In this document: piece after piece, positions 1-13,269 of the stretch
Layout: the number at the start of each line of letters is the position of its first letter
How positions within the stretch are numbered: the first letter of the stretch is position 1
Assembly: GCA_903848905.1 (NCBI GenBank)
Contig: CAINHP010000018.1
Coordinates: 1-58,189, forward strand
From: an uncultured Pseudomonadota bacterium
GTDB lineage: Bacteria > Pseudomonadota > Gammaproteobacteria > Methylococcales > Methylomonadaceae
Length of the DNA: 58,189 bases
Direction of reading: 5' to 3'
The notes under the pieces: generated by a model
Databases searched by the model: none
Told to the model about the DNA's origin: nothing
The model's input: the letters and a program-made list of their open reading frames with translations, nothing else
Position numbers and translations under genes: made by a program

Positions 1-134
1 GCTTTCGCACTGGCAATTTGTGTGCCCGTCAAAAATAGGAGCGAACCAAAGGTGATATTTTTTAAGAATTTGCGTCTTGAAGACAAATCAATTTCATTAG
101 GCATTTTCAGTTTTTTAAATGTCGAATTTGGCAT
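1..134 (-). CDS. 5' end of an exported protein with a twin-arginine (Tat) signal peptide; the gene continues past the window start
   Basis: Hand translation of the minus strand (too short for the ORF track). ATG at 134 or in-frame ATG at 104 gives (MPNSTFKKLK)MPNEIDLSSRRKFLKNITFGSLLFLTGTQIASAK. S-R-R-x-F-L-K, a hydrophobic core and A-x-A form a Tat signal. An in-frame stop lies upstream at 156-158. Confidence 0.4.
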   Translation of the reverse strand, partial: MPNSTFKKLKMPNEIDLSSRRKFLKNITFGSLLFLTGTQIASAK

Positions 135-253
135 AAGTATTGTTAAAAAGTTTCGCTAGTGGCCACATTGTCGGGGGGCAATCTTAAATTACCCTTAAAC
201 CGTAACCGATTAATAATATTGCTAAAATGTGTTTTCCAAACAAATTAAGACAC

Positions 254-2287
254 TTATTTTTGAGAATTTACTTGAGGTTTAAGCATTAACGTATTTACTT
301 CTTTATAGTTATCTAAACTATAAGCAGTAATCTGATTGCTAGATAAAGTGTATAAACTGTCATCTACACGCAAAATTCTATCTATAAAATAATTAGTCGC
401 TTCTGACTGCCAATAACTCTCAGTTTTAGGTGTCATAGCATCAGGAATTTGTGATAGCTTTGCTTTAAGTGTAAAACCCTTTTCAGGTGTAACTTCATAA
501 ATATAAGCACCTTGATAGCTAGGTTGGCCATAATTCCACGGCTTTTGTGGATCGAAAGGTTCTGTTAAATGCGACTCTTGAACAGGAAAGCCGAACAAAT
601 GCTTTTCTGCATCCCAATAAAGTGCTTTATGATCCCAAAGTATGGGTGAATCCGTTCCACGATCACCAATAGTGACTGAATCTATCTGCTTAGGATTCTT
701 CATATCTGCCACATCAAACAAAGCTACTTTCATACCTTGATAAAATGCAGAACCCCCTGTCCACCAAGGTGTATCAGTACTAGGGTTATCCTCGTTTGTT
801 TTTTCAGGCCGGTAAATAGCCGCATCTTTTCCAAATCCAATGAGATGCTTTTCATCAATGGGATGCAAATAATTACTGTATCCCGGAATTTTTAACTCAC
901 CCATTACGACTGGTTTTTCAGGCGTAGATAAATCAATAGCAAATAATGGATCCGTTAATTTAAAGGTCACAATATAACAACGATTCCCCATGAATCTTGT
1001 CGCATAAATATCTTCACCTTTACCTAACTCATCAATTTTACCTACCGTTTTCATATCCTTGTTCAAAACAAACATCGAACTGTAAGATTCATTCGTTCCA
1101 CTAGACCAATTGTGCGTTGTGGTCGCAATTCGAAAATAATCGCCTTGTTCATCCATAGAAAACTGATTTAAAGCCGTGCCTTTTACTTCACCAGCTGCGG
1201 CAAAATTTATTTGTCCTGCATCAATTCCTATTTTAAAAATCTGAGTGGTCGTTATATTTTGTGGAACGACATCCCCATTTCCCCCAAAATTATATTTAGA
1301 CGCCGACAAATATAAATTTTCATGTGACGCATAAACCAAATCACCCGCCCCTAAATAGGCTTTAGTCACTACTTTTTTTTGAGGCTGCTCTAAATCAATA
1401 CTCGCCACCACGACATAATCCGGTTCCACAAAATCAGGGAAATACACAACATCTTTAATCGCCAATGTTTTAGTTGTCGTTTTCCCTGCCTTAATATCAG
1501 TGACACTCGGCAAGATATCTTTTGATTTCATGAACCAAGGATTCGTGGAAACCATAGTAGGAGCCATAAAATAGCGTGGGTAGGAGCGCGTGATAAAATA
1601 CAGGTAATTTCCGATACGACGCGAATCTAAATAGTCACCATCAACCACGACATCACGAATCTGCTTAGGATGGGATTGATCACTCACATCATAAATTAAT
1701 GCACGCGTTTGCGTATTTCGCATATATCCCCACCAACCACCATAAGCTATTTTTGCGGTTGGTGATGTGGCTGTATTTTCAATTCCTACTGGAGGAGATA
1801 ATTCTTGCCACGTATTGCCCACGATAACCAATTTACCATTTTGAAGATAAAGTCCCGTTGGGACGAAATTATCTTGAGGCAATTTAATGACAGCACTCTG
1901 ACTAAGTTGCGCTGCGGGAAATGCTTTAGCGATTATGACTTGATTATTGACAAGTTGATAAATATAGCCGATGTCATCTACTTTTACTCGATCCCTTTCA
2001 TCAACGCCAGTCACTTGGACATTCGTATCAGTATGACTAACTGAAATGGATTTTGCTACGGCACCATCAGCCATTGCAACGACACTTCTGTTCAAGTAAG
2101 CAACTCTCATTCTTCCAAAACGATTGGTATTATGTTTCTTAAGCAAATTTGCTAAAGCAAATGTCGATGCAATTTTTTGCGGTTGTATTTTTTTAGCTAT
2201 TTGTTCTGCAAAATTAGGCTCTGAAATACAAAGAATAGACAAGCTACCCAATAAAAACACAGCTCGCTGACCAGTAAAATAAAACAT
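254..2287 (-). CDS. Secreted beta-propeller domain protein (uncharacterised Beta_propel-type family)
   Basis: The ORF is open to 2353, but Met at 2287 gives a signal-peptide-like MFYFTGQRAVFLLGSLSILCISEPNFA. The C-terminal block RFMGNRCYIVTFKLTDPLFAIDLSTPEKPVVMGELKIPGYSNYLHPIDEKHLIGFG matches my recollection of the conserved core of the bacterial/archaeal secreted beta-propeller family. Confidence 0.7.
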   Translation of the reverse strand: MFYFTGQRAVFLLGSLSILCISEPNFAEQIAKKIQPQKIASTFALANLLKKHNTNRFGRMRVAYLNRSVVAMADGAVAKSISVSHTDTNVQVTGVDERDRVKVDDIGYIYQLVNNQVIIAKAFPAAQLSQSAVIKLPQDNFVPTGLYLQNGKLVIVGNTWQELSPPVGIENTATSPTAKIAYGGWWGYMRNTQTRALIYDVSDQSHPKQIRDVVVDGDYLDSRRIGNYLYFITRSYPRYFMAPTMVSTNPWFMKSKDILPSVTDIKAGKTTTKTLAIKDVVYFPDFVEPDYVVVASIDLEQPQKKVVTKAYLGAGDLVYASHENLYLSASKYNFGGNGDVVPQNITTTQIFKIGIDAGQINFAAAGEVKGTALNQFSMDEQGDYFRIATTTHNWSSGTNESYSSMFVLNKDMKTVGKIDELGKGEDIYATRFMGNRCYIVTFKLTDPLFAIDLSTPEKPVVMGELKIPGYSNYLHPIDEKHLIGFGKDAAIYRPEKTNEDNPSTDTPWWTGGSAFYQGMKVALFDVADMKNPKQIDSVTIGDRGTDSPILWDHKALYWDAEKHLFGFPVQESHLTEPFDPQKPWNYGQPSYQGAYIYEVTPEKGFTLKAKLSQIPDAMTPKTESYWQSEATNYFIDRILRVDDSLYTLSSNQITAYSLDNYKEVNTLMLKPQVNSQK

Positions 2288-2400
2288 TTCACACTTCCAA
2301 AAATTGAATTTAACGCAAGGTGGCAGTCTATTCTTCATAATTCTAATAATCAAACGTTTAGATGCAAAACTGTGAACTTGTTCACAAATTCATCCACTAT

Positions 2401-2781
2401 TCATTTGTAAATTTGATCAGGTGCTTTTAATACACTTTCGATTATGCGCCACTCACCATCTACTAGTCGACGATAAAAACAACTTTGTCGTCCCGTATGA
2501 CAAGCAATCCCACCTTCTTGTTCTATACTTAAAAGTATGACGTCTTCATCGCAATCGAGTTGAATATGCACAATTTTTTGTTTATGTCCTGACTCCTCAC
2601 CTTTACGCCACAATTTCCCCCGTGAACGCGACCAATAAACAGCGTAACCTTCATCGACCGTTAATTGCAACGATTCACGATTCATCCAAGCGAACATTAC
2701 TACTTTACCCGTCTCTGAATCTTGCGCTATGGCAGGAATTAAACCGTCTGCAGTCCAGCGAATTTCATCAAGCCAACTCAT
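2401..2781 (-). CDS. hisI: Phosphoribosyl-AMP cyclohydrolase (monofunctional HisI)
   Basis: 126 aa. PRA-CH motifs [17 protein letters not shown] and [18 protein letters not shown]. Overlaps hisF by 4 nt. Confidence 0.93.
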   Translation of the reverse strand: MSWLDEIRWTADGLIPAIAQDSETGKVVMFAWMNRESLQLTVDEGYAVYWSRSRGKLWRKGEESGHKQKIVHIQLDCDEDVILLSIEQEGGIACHTGRQSCFYRRLVDGEWRIIESVLKAPDQIYK

Positions 2782-3551
2782 AAACGCACCTCAATACCAC
2801 TTGCTTGCATCCGTGCTTTCGCTTGACCAATGGTATATTCGCCAAAATGAAAAATACTCGCTGCGAGCACTGCATCCGCTTTTCCTTCCAAAATACCTTC
2901 AACCAAATGATCTAAATTACCCACACCACCTGATGCAATAACGGGAACAGAAACCGCTTCACTTACAGCACGTGTCAAAGGTAAATTAAAACCCGATTTT
3001 GTACCGTCTTTATCCATACTCGTTAATAAAATTTCACCTGCGCCAAACTCCACCATTTTTCGCGCCCATTCCACCGCGTCAAGTCCTGTGCCTTTGCGAC
3101 CACCATGCGTAAAAATTTCCCAACGAAGCGGCTCATTTTCCGCGCTTACTTTTTTAGCATCAATAGCAACAACAATACATTGCGAACCAAATTTATCGGC
3201 AGCTTCTTTCACAAAATGTGGATTAAAAACCGCAGCGCTATTAATGCCTACTTTATCTGCACCCGCGTTGAGCATTCGACGAATATCTTCAAGTGTTCGA
3301 ATACCACCACCAACGGTTAGCGGAATAAACACTTCACTGGCAACCTGTTCAACCACATGCACCATAGTATTACGATTGTCGTGCGTAGCCGTAATATCTA
3401 AAAACGTAATTTCGTCTGCCCCTTCACTATCATAACGACGGGCAATTTCGACGGGATCACCCGCGTCGCGTATATCCACAAATTGAACACCTTTCACCAC
3501 GCGACCATTATCAACATCTAAACACGGAATAATACGTTTTGCTAAACTCAT
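2778..3551 (-). CDS. hisF: Imidazole glycerol phosphate synthase, cyclase subunit HisF
   Basis: 257 aa. [33 protein letters not shown] and ASGG motifs of HisF. Confidence 0.96.
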   Translation of the reverse strand: MSLAKRIIPCLDVDNGRVVKGVQFVDIRDAGDPVEIARRYDSEGADEITFLDITATHDNRNTMVHVVEQVASEVFIPLTVGGGIRTLEDIRRMLNAGADKVGINSAAVFNPHFVKEAADKFGSQCIVVAIDAKKVSAENEPLRWEIFTHGGRKGTGLDAVEWARKMVEFGAGEILLTSMDKDGTKSGFNLPLTRAVSEAVSVPVIASGGVGNLDHLVEGILEGKADAVLAASIFHFGEYTIGQAKARMQASGIEVRL

Positions 3552-3560
3552 TGCTATTTC

Positions 3561-4292
3561 CTAAAACGCTAACGCAATTTTCTGTGCTTGCCCGAAATCG
3601 AGCGTCCCTTCATAAATGGCTCGCCCAGTAATGGCCCCCATGACACCATCGTCTTTTACTTTGCCCAAAGCATAAATATCATCTAAATTAGTAATACCGC
3701 CTGATGCAATCACCGGAATGGAAATCGCCCTCGCTAATCGTGCAGTCGCTTCTACATTTACGCCTTGCATCATGCCATCACGAGAAATGTCGGTATAAAT
3801 AATCGCGGCAACGCCATTTTGTTCAAATTCTAATGCTAAATCAACAACATCATATTGTGAAACAGTCGCCCAACCATCTGTTGCCACTTTACCGTCTTTT
3901 GCATCTAAACCCACTATGACATGACCAGCAAACTTTACTGCCATTTCGCGGACAAATTCAGGTTCTTGAACCGCTTTTGTGCCGATAATAACGTATTGCA
4001 CACCCGCATTTAAATACGCCTCAATGGTTGCCTCATCACGAATACCGCCACCAATTTGAACAGGAACAGAAGGATAAGCCTTAGCAATAGCATTAATCAC
4101 GTCAGCATTACGTGGTTTACCTGCAAATGCACCATCTAAATCCACTAAATGAATTCGTTGTGCACCTTCATTTACCCAACGTCCTGCCACTTCAACAGGA
4201 TTATCCGAAAACACGGTATCGTCCTCCATGCGCCCTTGACGCAAACGCACACATTTCCCTTCTTTTAAATCGATTGCTGGAATAAGTAACAT
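3561..4292 (-). CDS. hisA: ProFAR isomerase HisA
   Basis: [20 protein letters not shown] is the canonical HisA N-terminus. The ORF-track extension to 4328 would run into the guaB terminator hairpin, so the start at 4292 is preferred. Confidence 0.93.
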   Translation of the reverse strand: MLLIPAIDLKEGKCVRLRQGRMEDDTVFSDNPVEVAGRWVNEGAQRIHLVDLDGAFAGKPRNADVINAIAKAYPSVPVQIGGGIRDEATIEAYLNAGVQYVIIGTKAVQEPEFVREMAVKFAGHVIVGLDAKDGKVATDGWATVSQYDVVDLALEFEQNGVAAIIYTDISRDGMMQGVNVEATARLARAISIPVIASGGITNLDDIYALGKVKDDGVMGAITGRAIYEGTLDFGQAQKIALAF

Positions 4293-4316
4293 AAAATCAA
4301 AACCTATTTTTAAAAC

Positions 4317-4361
4317 GTAAAAAAACAAACGCCTTGACTGTTAATAACGAATCAAGGCGTT
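4317..4361 (-). terminator. Rho-independent terminator after guaB
   Basis: 10-bp perfect stem aacgccttga / tcaaggcgtt (4328-4337 and 4352-4361) with a 14-nt loop. On the minus strand it is followed by gtttgttttttt. Confidence 0.7.
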
Positions 4362-4384
4362 CAGAAAAAGTAAAAAATACGCAA

Positions 4385-5860
<1,476 letters not shown>

Positions 5861-5909
5861 CTAACAGTTAAGAAAATATCGCTCCATTATAGGGCGAAAT
5901 ACTTGTATT

Positions 5910-6887
5910 TTAAAAAAACAATCCATCAATAGGCGAAGAAGCTGATGCAAAACGTTTTCGAGGCATTCGACCCGCCAAAAATGCTTCACGCCCTGCCTCA
6001 ATTCCTTTGCGCATGGCTGATGCCATTAAAATTGGATGTTTTGCTTCTGCAATTGCGGTATTCATCAAAACGCCAGCACACCCTAATTCCATCGCCATAG
6101 CAGCATCTGAAGCCGTTCCAACACCTGCATCCACTAAAATAGGTACATTTGCATTTTCAACGATAGTTAAAATATTATAGGGGTTACGAATGCCGAGTCC
6201 AGAACCAATGGGCGCCGCAAGAGGCATCACTGCAACACATCCCATGTCTTCTAAGCGTTTAGCCGCAATAGGATCATCATTGGTATAAACCATCACTTGA
6301 AACCCTTCACGCACTAAAATTTCAGCGGCAATATATGTTTCAACCACATTTGGAAATAATGTTTTTTGATCTGCAAGAACTTCTAATTTCACTAAATTAT
6401 GCCCACCGAGTAATTCACGTGCAAGGCGACAAGTTCTCACCGCTTCTTCAGCGGTATAACAGCCTGCCGTATTAGGGAGAATAGTATATTTATCGGGTGA
6501 AATGACATCGAGTAAATTAGCTTCATTGGCGTTTTGACCAATATTTGTGCGACGAATGGCTACAGTCACAATTTCCGCCCCACTAGCTTCAATGGCTAAA
6601 CGGGTTCCCTCTAAATCTTTATATTTCCCTGTGCCAACAAGCAGACGAGATTGATAAGATTTACCCGCTATAACAAAAGAGTCATCCTGTCCACCACCGA
6701 TAGCATGCACAATTTCTAACTTATCATTTGCCTGTAAAGAATGTGTTTCAAACGATTGGAACGGCAAAATTTCTTGATTCAATTCAATCGCTATTTTTTT
6801 GCCTTGTAATTCTAATTTTGTCACAACATCGAAAACCGTGCTGTTTTCTGCAATTTCGCGTTCGCTGCCATTCACATAAATGATCAT
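5910..6887 (-). CDS. thiSG: Fused sulfur-carrier ThiS / thiazole synthase ThiG
   Basis: Residues 1-66 (MIIYVNG...[10 protein letters not shown]) form a ThiS-type ubiquitin-like carrier ending in GG. They run in frame into ThiG ([35 protein letters not shown]). Confidence 0.9.
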   Translation of the reverse strand: MIIYVNGSEREIAENSTVFDVVTKLELQGKKIAIELNQEILPFQSFETHSLQANDKLEIVHAIGGGQDDSFVIAGKSYQSRLLVGTGKYKDLEGTRLAIEASGAEIVTVAIRRTNIGQNANEANLLDVISPDKYTILPNTAGCYTAEEAVRTCRLARELLGGHNLVKLEVLADQKTLFPNVVETYIAAEILVREGFQVMVYTNDDPIAAKRLEDMGCVAVMPLAAPIGSGLGIRNPYNILTIVENANVPILVDAGVGTASDAAMAMELGCAGVLMNTAIAEAKHPILMASAMRKGIEAGREAFLAGRMPRKRFASASSPIDGLFF

Positions 6888-7954
6888 ATTTTTACACTCC
6901 GTCTTTTTTGTACTGCATTCGCTAAATTTTTAAGCAATGGCAGCGTATCCTCCCATGATAAACAAGCATCTGTAATACTTTGACCATACACCAAAGTCTG
7001 CCCTTCAATAACCGATTGTTGCCCTGCTTTGAGATGACTTTCAATCATAACACCCATTATACGTTTATCACCACTCGCAATTTGCAACGCAACATCTTCA
7101 CCCACTATCAATTGGCGTTGACATTGTTTCAAACTATTTGAATGACTGAAATCAATCATAATATTTGGGCGGAGTTGCGCTTTTTCCATTCCATGCGCTA
7201 CTAGATTCACATTCACTGCATCATAATTGGGCTGTTTATTTCCACCACGCAAAATGATATGAACATCTTCATTACCCGTTGTCGAAAAAATAGCGGAATG
7301 TCCCGATTTTGTCAGAGACAAAAAGTGATGCGGACTCATCGCCGCTCCAATCGCGTCAATGGCAATTTTAATCGTTCCATCGGTTGCATTTTTAAAACCA
7401 ACAGGGCATGACAACCCCGAGGCTAATTCACGATGCACTTGACTTTCAGTCGTTCGCGCACCAATTGCGCCCCAAGCAATTAAATCAGAAATATATTGCG
7501 GCGTTATTAAATCCAAATACTCTGTCGCGGCTGGAATACCATTATTATTCAAATCTAATAATAATTGCCTTGCGATACGCAGCCCTTTATTAATGTTAAA
7601 ACTTGAATCTAAATCAGGATCATTAATTAATCCTTTCCAGCCAACCGTTGTTCGCGGCTTTTCAAAATAAACACGCATGACAATGAGAAGTTCATCACTA
7701 AATTGAGCTATCGCCTGTTTGAGCAACATAGCGTATTCGTGTGCAGCTTTTGTATCATGAATTGAACAAGGACCCACTACAACCACTAGGCGATCATCTC
7801 CACCTGTTAATATATTGTGAATCGCTTGCCTTGTATTAAATATAGTTTGAGCAGCTTGATTGGTGATTGGCATTTCAGTATGTACTTCAACAGGAGCAAT
7901 GACCTGTGTCATACCAGAAATGCGTAAATCATCCGTATTATAATTACTGTGCAA
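6884..7954 (-). CDS. aroG: Class I (AroF/G/H-type) DAHP synthase; feedback specificity cannot be determined from sequence alone
   Basis: 356 aa, collinear with E. coli AroG. Motifs [47 protein letters not shown]. Overlaps thiSG by 4 nt. Confidence 0.93.
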   Translation of the reverse strand: MHSNYNTDDLRISGMTQVIAPVEVHTEMPITNQAAQTIFNTRQAIHNILTGGDDRLVVVVGPCSIHDTKAAHEYAMLLKQAIAQFSDELLIVMRVYFEKPRTTVGWKGLINDPDLDSSFNINKGLRIARQLLLDLNNNGIPAATEYLDLITPQYISDLIAWGAIGARTTESQVHRELASGLSCPVGFKNATDGTIKIAIDAIGAAMSPHHFLSLTKSGHSAIFSTTGNEDVHIILRGGNKQPNYDAVNVNLVAHGMEKAQLRPNIMIDFSHSNSLKQCQRQLIVGEDVALQIASGDKRIMGVMIESHLKAGQQSVIEGQTLVYGQSITDACLSWEDTLPLLKNLANAVQKRRSVKI

Positions 7955-7976
7955 AACGGGTTTCTCCTATTTTCAT

Positions 7977-9806
7977 TTATTCTACCGTCACAGATTTAGC
8001 CAAATTACGCGGCTGATCTACATCAGTACCCTTTAAAACAGCAACATGGTATGACAATAATTGCAACGGCAAGGTATAAAGCATCGGAGAGATATGGTTA
8101 TCTACTTTTGGTACTTTAATAATTTGAACATTATCATCGGGTGTTGGCGATAGTGTTTCATCCATAAAAACAATTAATTGCCCACCACGCGCAGACACTT
8201 CTTGCATATTAGACTTCAATTTTTCAAGTAAACTGTTATTTGGCGCAACTGTAATAACCGGCATTTCAGCATCAATTAATGCTAATGGACCATGTTTTAA
8301 TTCGCCCGCGGGATAAGCTTCTGCATGAATATAAGAAATCTCTTTCAATTTCAATGCACCTTCCATTGCAATAGGATAATGTGAGCCGCGTCCTAAAAAT
8401 AAAGCATGGTGTTTTTCTGTAAAGCGCTCAGCTAAAATTTCTATTTCTTTATCCAGCTGCAAAACACTTTCCATTTTACGCGGCAATTTAAACAACTCAT
8501 CCGTGATATGTTGCTCTAAAACTTGATTTAGCTCAAATCGTCTTCCAATAGCAAGTACAAGTAACATAAGCGACACTAGTTGCGTCGTAAACGCTTTTGT
8601 TGACGCCACGCCAATTTCTGGACCTGCACGCGTTAGTAAAACCAAATCAGATTCACGCACTAGCGAACTTTCAGGCACATTACAAATGGCCAATGTGTAT
8701 TTTGCACCTAAACGCTTTGCCTCTTTTAGCGCAGCTAATGTATCGGCAGTTTCACCCGACTGGGAGATAGTCACAACCAACGTATCCGCTGCCAATACAG
8801 GATGGCGATAGCGAAATTCACTTGCAACCTCAATACTACAAGGCACACGAGCTAATTCCTCAAACCAATATCTTGCAACTAATCCTGCATGATAGCTTGT
8901 GCCACAGGCTAAAATTTGAATAGATTTTATTTGATCAAAAATGCGAGCCGCATCAAACCCAAATGCACTATCTTGCAAACGCTGGGCAATAAAACGCCCT
9001 TCTAACGTTTGCGTAATCGCAAAAGGCTGCTCATAAATTTCTTTGAGCATGAAATGCCGATATTCCCCTTTTTCAACAGCATCGGCTTTTAATTGACTTT
9101 CTTTTGTATCTCGACTAACAACATTATTCTTGTCATCATAAATAATTAACGAATCAATTTTAATTTCAGCAACGTCGCCTTCTTCAAGGAATATAAAGCG
9201 TTGCGTCACAGGTAAAAGTGCAGTGACATCTGATGCAACAAAATATTCACCAATTCCCACGCCAATCACTAATGGACTCCCTTTGCGTGCAATGATCAGT
9301 GTATCTGGCTCATCAGCACACATAATGGCTAATGCATACGCACCCTCCAATTTAGGCAATGTTTCCTTTACTGCTTGCAATAAATTATCACTTGTTTGGC
9401 GGGCGTGAAAAACCTCATGAACAATGACTTCAGTATCGGTTTCAGAAGTAAACGCATAATTATTTTTAAGTTGAGTGGCTTTGAGTTGTTCATAATTTTC
9501 AATAATCCCGTTATGAACAACAGCCACATTATTGCAACTAATATGTGGATGAGCGTTTGCGGTACTCGGTTTACCGTGCGTTGCCCAGCGCGTATGTGCA
9601 ATTCCAATATGGCCAGACATTGGATCAGCTTTGAGTGAATCATCGAGTCCTTTCACTTTACCTAAAACTCGTTGACGCATAATCGTATGTTCGTAAATAA
9701 CGGCAAGGCCAGCTGAATCATAACCTCGATATTCTAGACGTTTCAAACCTTCCAATAAAATAGGGATGACATTTCGTTGCGCGATACCTGCGACAATTCC
9801 ACACAT
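7977..9806 (-). CDS. glmS: Glutamine--fructose-6-phosphate aminotransferase
   Basis: 609 aa. N-terminal MCGIV nucleophile, two SIS domains, C-terminal AKSVTVE. Confidence 0.97.
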   Translation of the reverse strand: MCGIVAGIAQRNVIPILLEGLKRLEYRGYDSAGLAVIYEHTIMRQRVLGKVKGLDDSLKADPMSGHIGIAHTRWATHGKPSTANAHPHISCNNVAVVHNGIIENYEQLKATQLKNNYAFTSETDTEVIVHEVFHARQTSDNLLQAVKETLPKLEGAYALAIMCADEPDTLIIARKGSPLVIGVGIGEYFVASDVTALLPVTQRFIFLEEGDVAEIKIDSLIIYDDKNNVVSRDTKESQLKADAVEKGEYRHFMLKEIYEQPFAITQTLEGRFIAQRLQDSAFGFDAARIFDQIKSIQILACGTSYHAGLVARYWFEELARVPCSIEVASEFRYRHPVLAADTLVVTISQSGETADTLAALKEAKRLGAKYTLAICNVPESSLVRESDLVLLTRAGPEIGVASTKAFTTQLVSLMLLVLAIGRRFELNQVLEQHITDELFKLPRKMESVLQLDKEIEILAERFTEKHHALFLGRGSHYPIAMEGALKLKEISYIHAEAYPAGELKHGPLALIDAEMPVITVAPNNSLLEKLKSNMQEVSARGGQLIVFMDETLSPTPDDNVQIIKVPKVDNHISPMLYTLPLQLLSYHVAVLKGTDVDQPRNLAKSVTVE

Positions 9807-11179
9807 TATAATTTCTCCTTTTTAATTGGACGCTGCCAATTAGGCACCGAAACTTGTTTCGCACGACTGAGCGTTAATTGCCCAGCAGGCGTGTCTTTTG
9901 TAATAGTTGAACCCGCTCCAATTGTCGCATTTTCTCCAACAGAAACAGGCGCAACTAATTGTGTATTGGATCCAATAAATGCACCATCTTCAATAATGGT
10001 TTGCGATTTATTGGCACCATCGTAGTTACAAGTAATTGTGCCTGCACCGATGTTAACTTTTCGACCAACAAGCGCATCGCCAATATAACTTAAATGATTA
10101 ACTTTGCTGCCTTGTCCAATATGTGATTTTTTAATTTCCACAAAATTACCGATATGTGTATCACTGGCTAAAACGCTTTCAGGGCGAAGTCGCGCAAAAG
10201 GCCCAATACGACTATTTTGACCTATCACTGCATTTTCTATCACACAATTTGGTAAGATTTCTACATTATCGCCAATTATCGCATTTTTGATATTTGTATT
10301 AGCACCAATCTTAACATTGTTTCCAATTTTATTGTCGCCTTCAAAAACGACATTAATATCAATTTCAACATCTTGTCCTAATTCAACAATATGTCCTCGC
10401 AAATCAAAACGTGCTGGATCACGCAACGTAGCACCACGCTTCATAATTAGGTCAGCTTGTTGTAATTGGTAAACACGCTCTAATTGTGCTAATTGTAATT
10501 TATCATTTACACCCAAAACTTCATTTTCGCTTTCAGGCGAGCACGTTTTGATAGTAAATCCGTCAGCGACCGCCAAAGCAATAATATCGGTTAAATAATA
10601 TTCACCTTGTGCGTTATTGTTATTTAATTGTGTCAACCAATTTTTTAATGCATATCCTTGCACCGCTAAAATTCCGGTATTCGCCTCTTTAATTAATTTT
10701 TCTGTTTCATTCGAATCCTTCTCTTCAACAATACGCAACACCTGATTATGTTCATTACGAACAATGCGACCATACCCTGTTGAATTTTTTAAATTCACCG
10801 TAAGTAGCGACAAGGTTTTCTCGTTTACATTTGAAAGCAATTTTTGCAATGTATTTTCTTGAAGTAGCGGTACGTCACCGTATAGGATCAAGACTGTTGT
10901 CTCTGAATCAATTTCATCTGCCACTTGCTGCACAGCATGCCCTGTACCCAATTGCTGTAGTTGCTCAACCCAATGAATTAATGAATTTGAGAATGTACTT
11001 TTCACCAAATAAGCGCCATGCCCAATAACGACATGTATGGTATTGTTTTCAAATTTTGCACTTAAATCATATACGTGACGCAATAATGATTTGCCGCCAA
11101 TAGAATGTAAAACTTTTGGGTATTGAGAACACATCCGCGTTCCTTTACCTGCAGCGAGAATAATTGTAGTAAGAGTCAT
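9806..11179 (-). CDS. glmU: Bifunctional GlcNAc-1-P uridyltransferase / GlcN-1-P acetyltransferase
   Basis: 457 aa. LAAGKGTRM nucleotidyltransferase motif plus a C-terminal left-handed beta-helix with hexapeptide repeats. Sits downstream of the atp operon, as is usual. Confidence 0.96.
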   Translation of the reverse strand: MTLTTIILAAGKGTRMCSQYPKVLHSIGGKSLLRHVYDLSAKFENNTIHVVIGHGAYLVKSTFSNSLIHWVEQLQQLGTGHAVQQVADEIDSETTVLILYGDVPLLQENTLQKLLSNVNEKTLSLLTVNLKNSTGYGRIVRNEHNQVLRIVEEKDSNETEKLIKEANTGILAVQGYALKNWLTQLNNNNAQGEYYLTDIIALAVADGFTIKTCSPESENEVLGVNDKLQLAQLERVYQLQQADLIMKRGATLRDPARFDLRGHIVELGQDVEIDINVVFEGDNKIGNNVKIGANTNIKNAIIGDNVEILPNCVIENAVIGQNSRIGPFARLRPESVLASDTHIGNFVEIKKSHIGQGSKVNHLSYIGDALVGRKVNIGAGTITCNYDGANKSQTIIEDGAFIGSNTQLVAPVSVGENATIGAGSTITKDTPAGQLTLSRAKQVSVPNWQRPIKKEKL

Positions 11180-11202
11180 TTTCTTTTGTATGTAAAGTAA
11201 AC

Positions 11203-11234
11203 GAAAAAACCCGATAGCGTAGAACGTTATCGGG
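11203..11234 (-). terminator. Rho-independent terminator after atpC
   Basis: The minus strand reads cccgataacg-ttcta-cgctatcggg (one internal mismatch) followed by tttttt. Confidence 0.65.
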
Positions 11235-11267
11235 CTTTTATCTAAGACAAGGGCGATAACTGAATAG

Positions 11268-11690
11268 TTACCCGCCGCGTTTTCTAAATCTTTCGAGTGT
11301 GCGCAACTGCATTACCGCTTGAAATAAATCATTTTCAGCGGTTGCATAATCAACTCTGCTTGTTTTATCCGATAAAATTTCTTCTGCTCTCATTTTAGCT
11401 TCAATGGCAGCAGCCTCATCAATATCTTTAGCACGAATAGCTGTATTTGCTAAAATCGATACAACATGTGGCTGTACTTCGAGTAATCCACCAGAAATAA
11501 AAAACGAATAACTTTCTGTGCTGCTGATTCTAACACGCACTTCACCCGGATTGAGCTTAGTAATTAACGGCGCGTGGCGCGGTGAAATACCGACCTCACC
11601 TTCTTCAGCTGGTGCAAATACCATTTCAGCCAAACCAGAAAAGATCTCTTTCTCCGCACTCACGATGTCTACATGCACTAACATGGTCAT
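11268..11690 (-). CDS. atpC: F1 ATP synthase epsilon subunit
   Basis: 140 aa. Its position after atpD and its N-terminal beta-sandwich sequence are typical of epsilon. Confidence 0.93.
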   Translation of the reverse strand: MTMLVHVDIVSAEKEIFSGLAEMVFAPAEEGEVGISPRHAPLITKLNPGEVRVRISSTESYSFFISGGLLEVQPHVVSILANTAIRAKDIDEAAAIEAKMRAEEILSDKTSRVDYATAENDLFQAVMQLRTLERFRKRGG

Positions 11691-11776
11691 CTTTTGTTAC
11701 CTAAAATTTATAAAGTTAGTAGACAACATAGGTACATAGCGCGATTAACGCGAAATTCAATTTCGCGTCTCTCACC

Positions 11777-13168
<1,392 letters not shown>

Positions 13169-13220
13169 TCAAAACAACCCTACAACTAGGGAAAATTATT
13201 TTTTTGAAAATCTCGAAACA

Positions 13221-13240
13221 CCCCCATAACTCTATGGGGG
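13221..13240 (-). other. Perfect 8-bp hairpin in the atpG-atpD spacer
   Basis: cccccata-actc-tatggggg lies in a 113-nt intergenic spacer inside the atp operon. It may be an mRNA stability or processing element. Confidence 0.4.
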
Positions 13241-13269
13241 AACACTACGCTACTTACTTAATCACGAAC

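Noticed and set aside
3088-3435. Antisense or alternative-frame ORFs of 60-120 aa nested inside large genes. Examples are 1805-2044, 3088-3435, 9368-9643, 12703-12897, 22392-22757, 32587-32949, 47495-47935 and 57734-58019.
   Set aside because: All lie fully within well-supported conserved genes. Their composition is low-complexity or odd, and they lack SD or start context. They are typical shadow ORFs.
2401-4292. The his cluster contains only hisA, hisF and hisI, with no hisH upstream and no hisE fused or adjacent.
   Set aside because: Scattered his genes and monofunctional HisI are common outside enterics, so the missing genes are probably elsewhere in the genome.
4293-4328. A 12-codon N-terminal extension of hisA ([12 protein letters not shown]).
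   Set aside because: The canonical HisA N-terminus begins at [10 protein letters not shown]. The extension would overlap the A/T-tract edge of the guaB terminator (4317-4361).
9800-9812. The 1-nt glmU/glmS overlap leaves no room for a GlmZ-type sRNA target site.
   Set aside because: GlmY/GlmZ control is, as far as I know, an enterobacterial feature. Tight glmU-glmS coupling is ordinary elsewhere.
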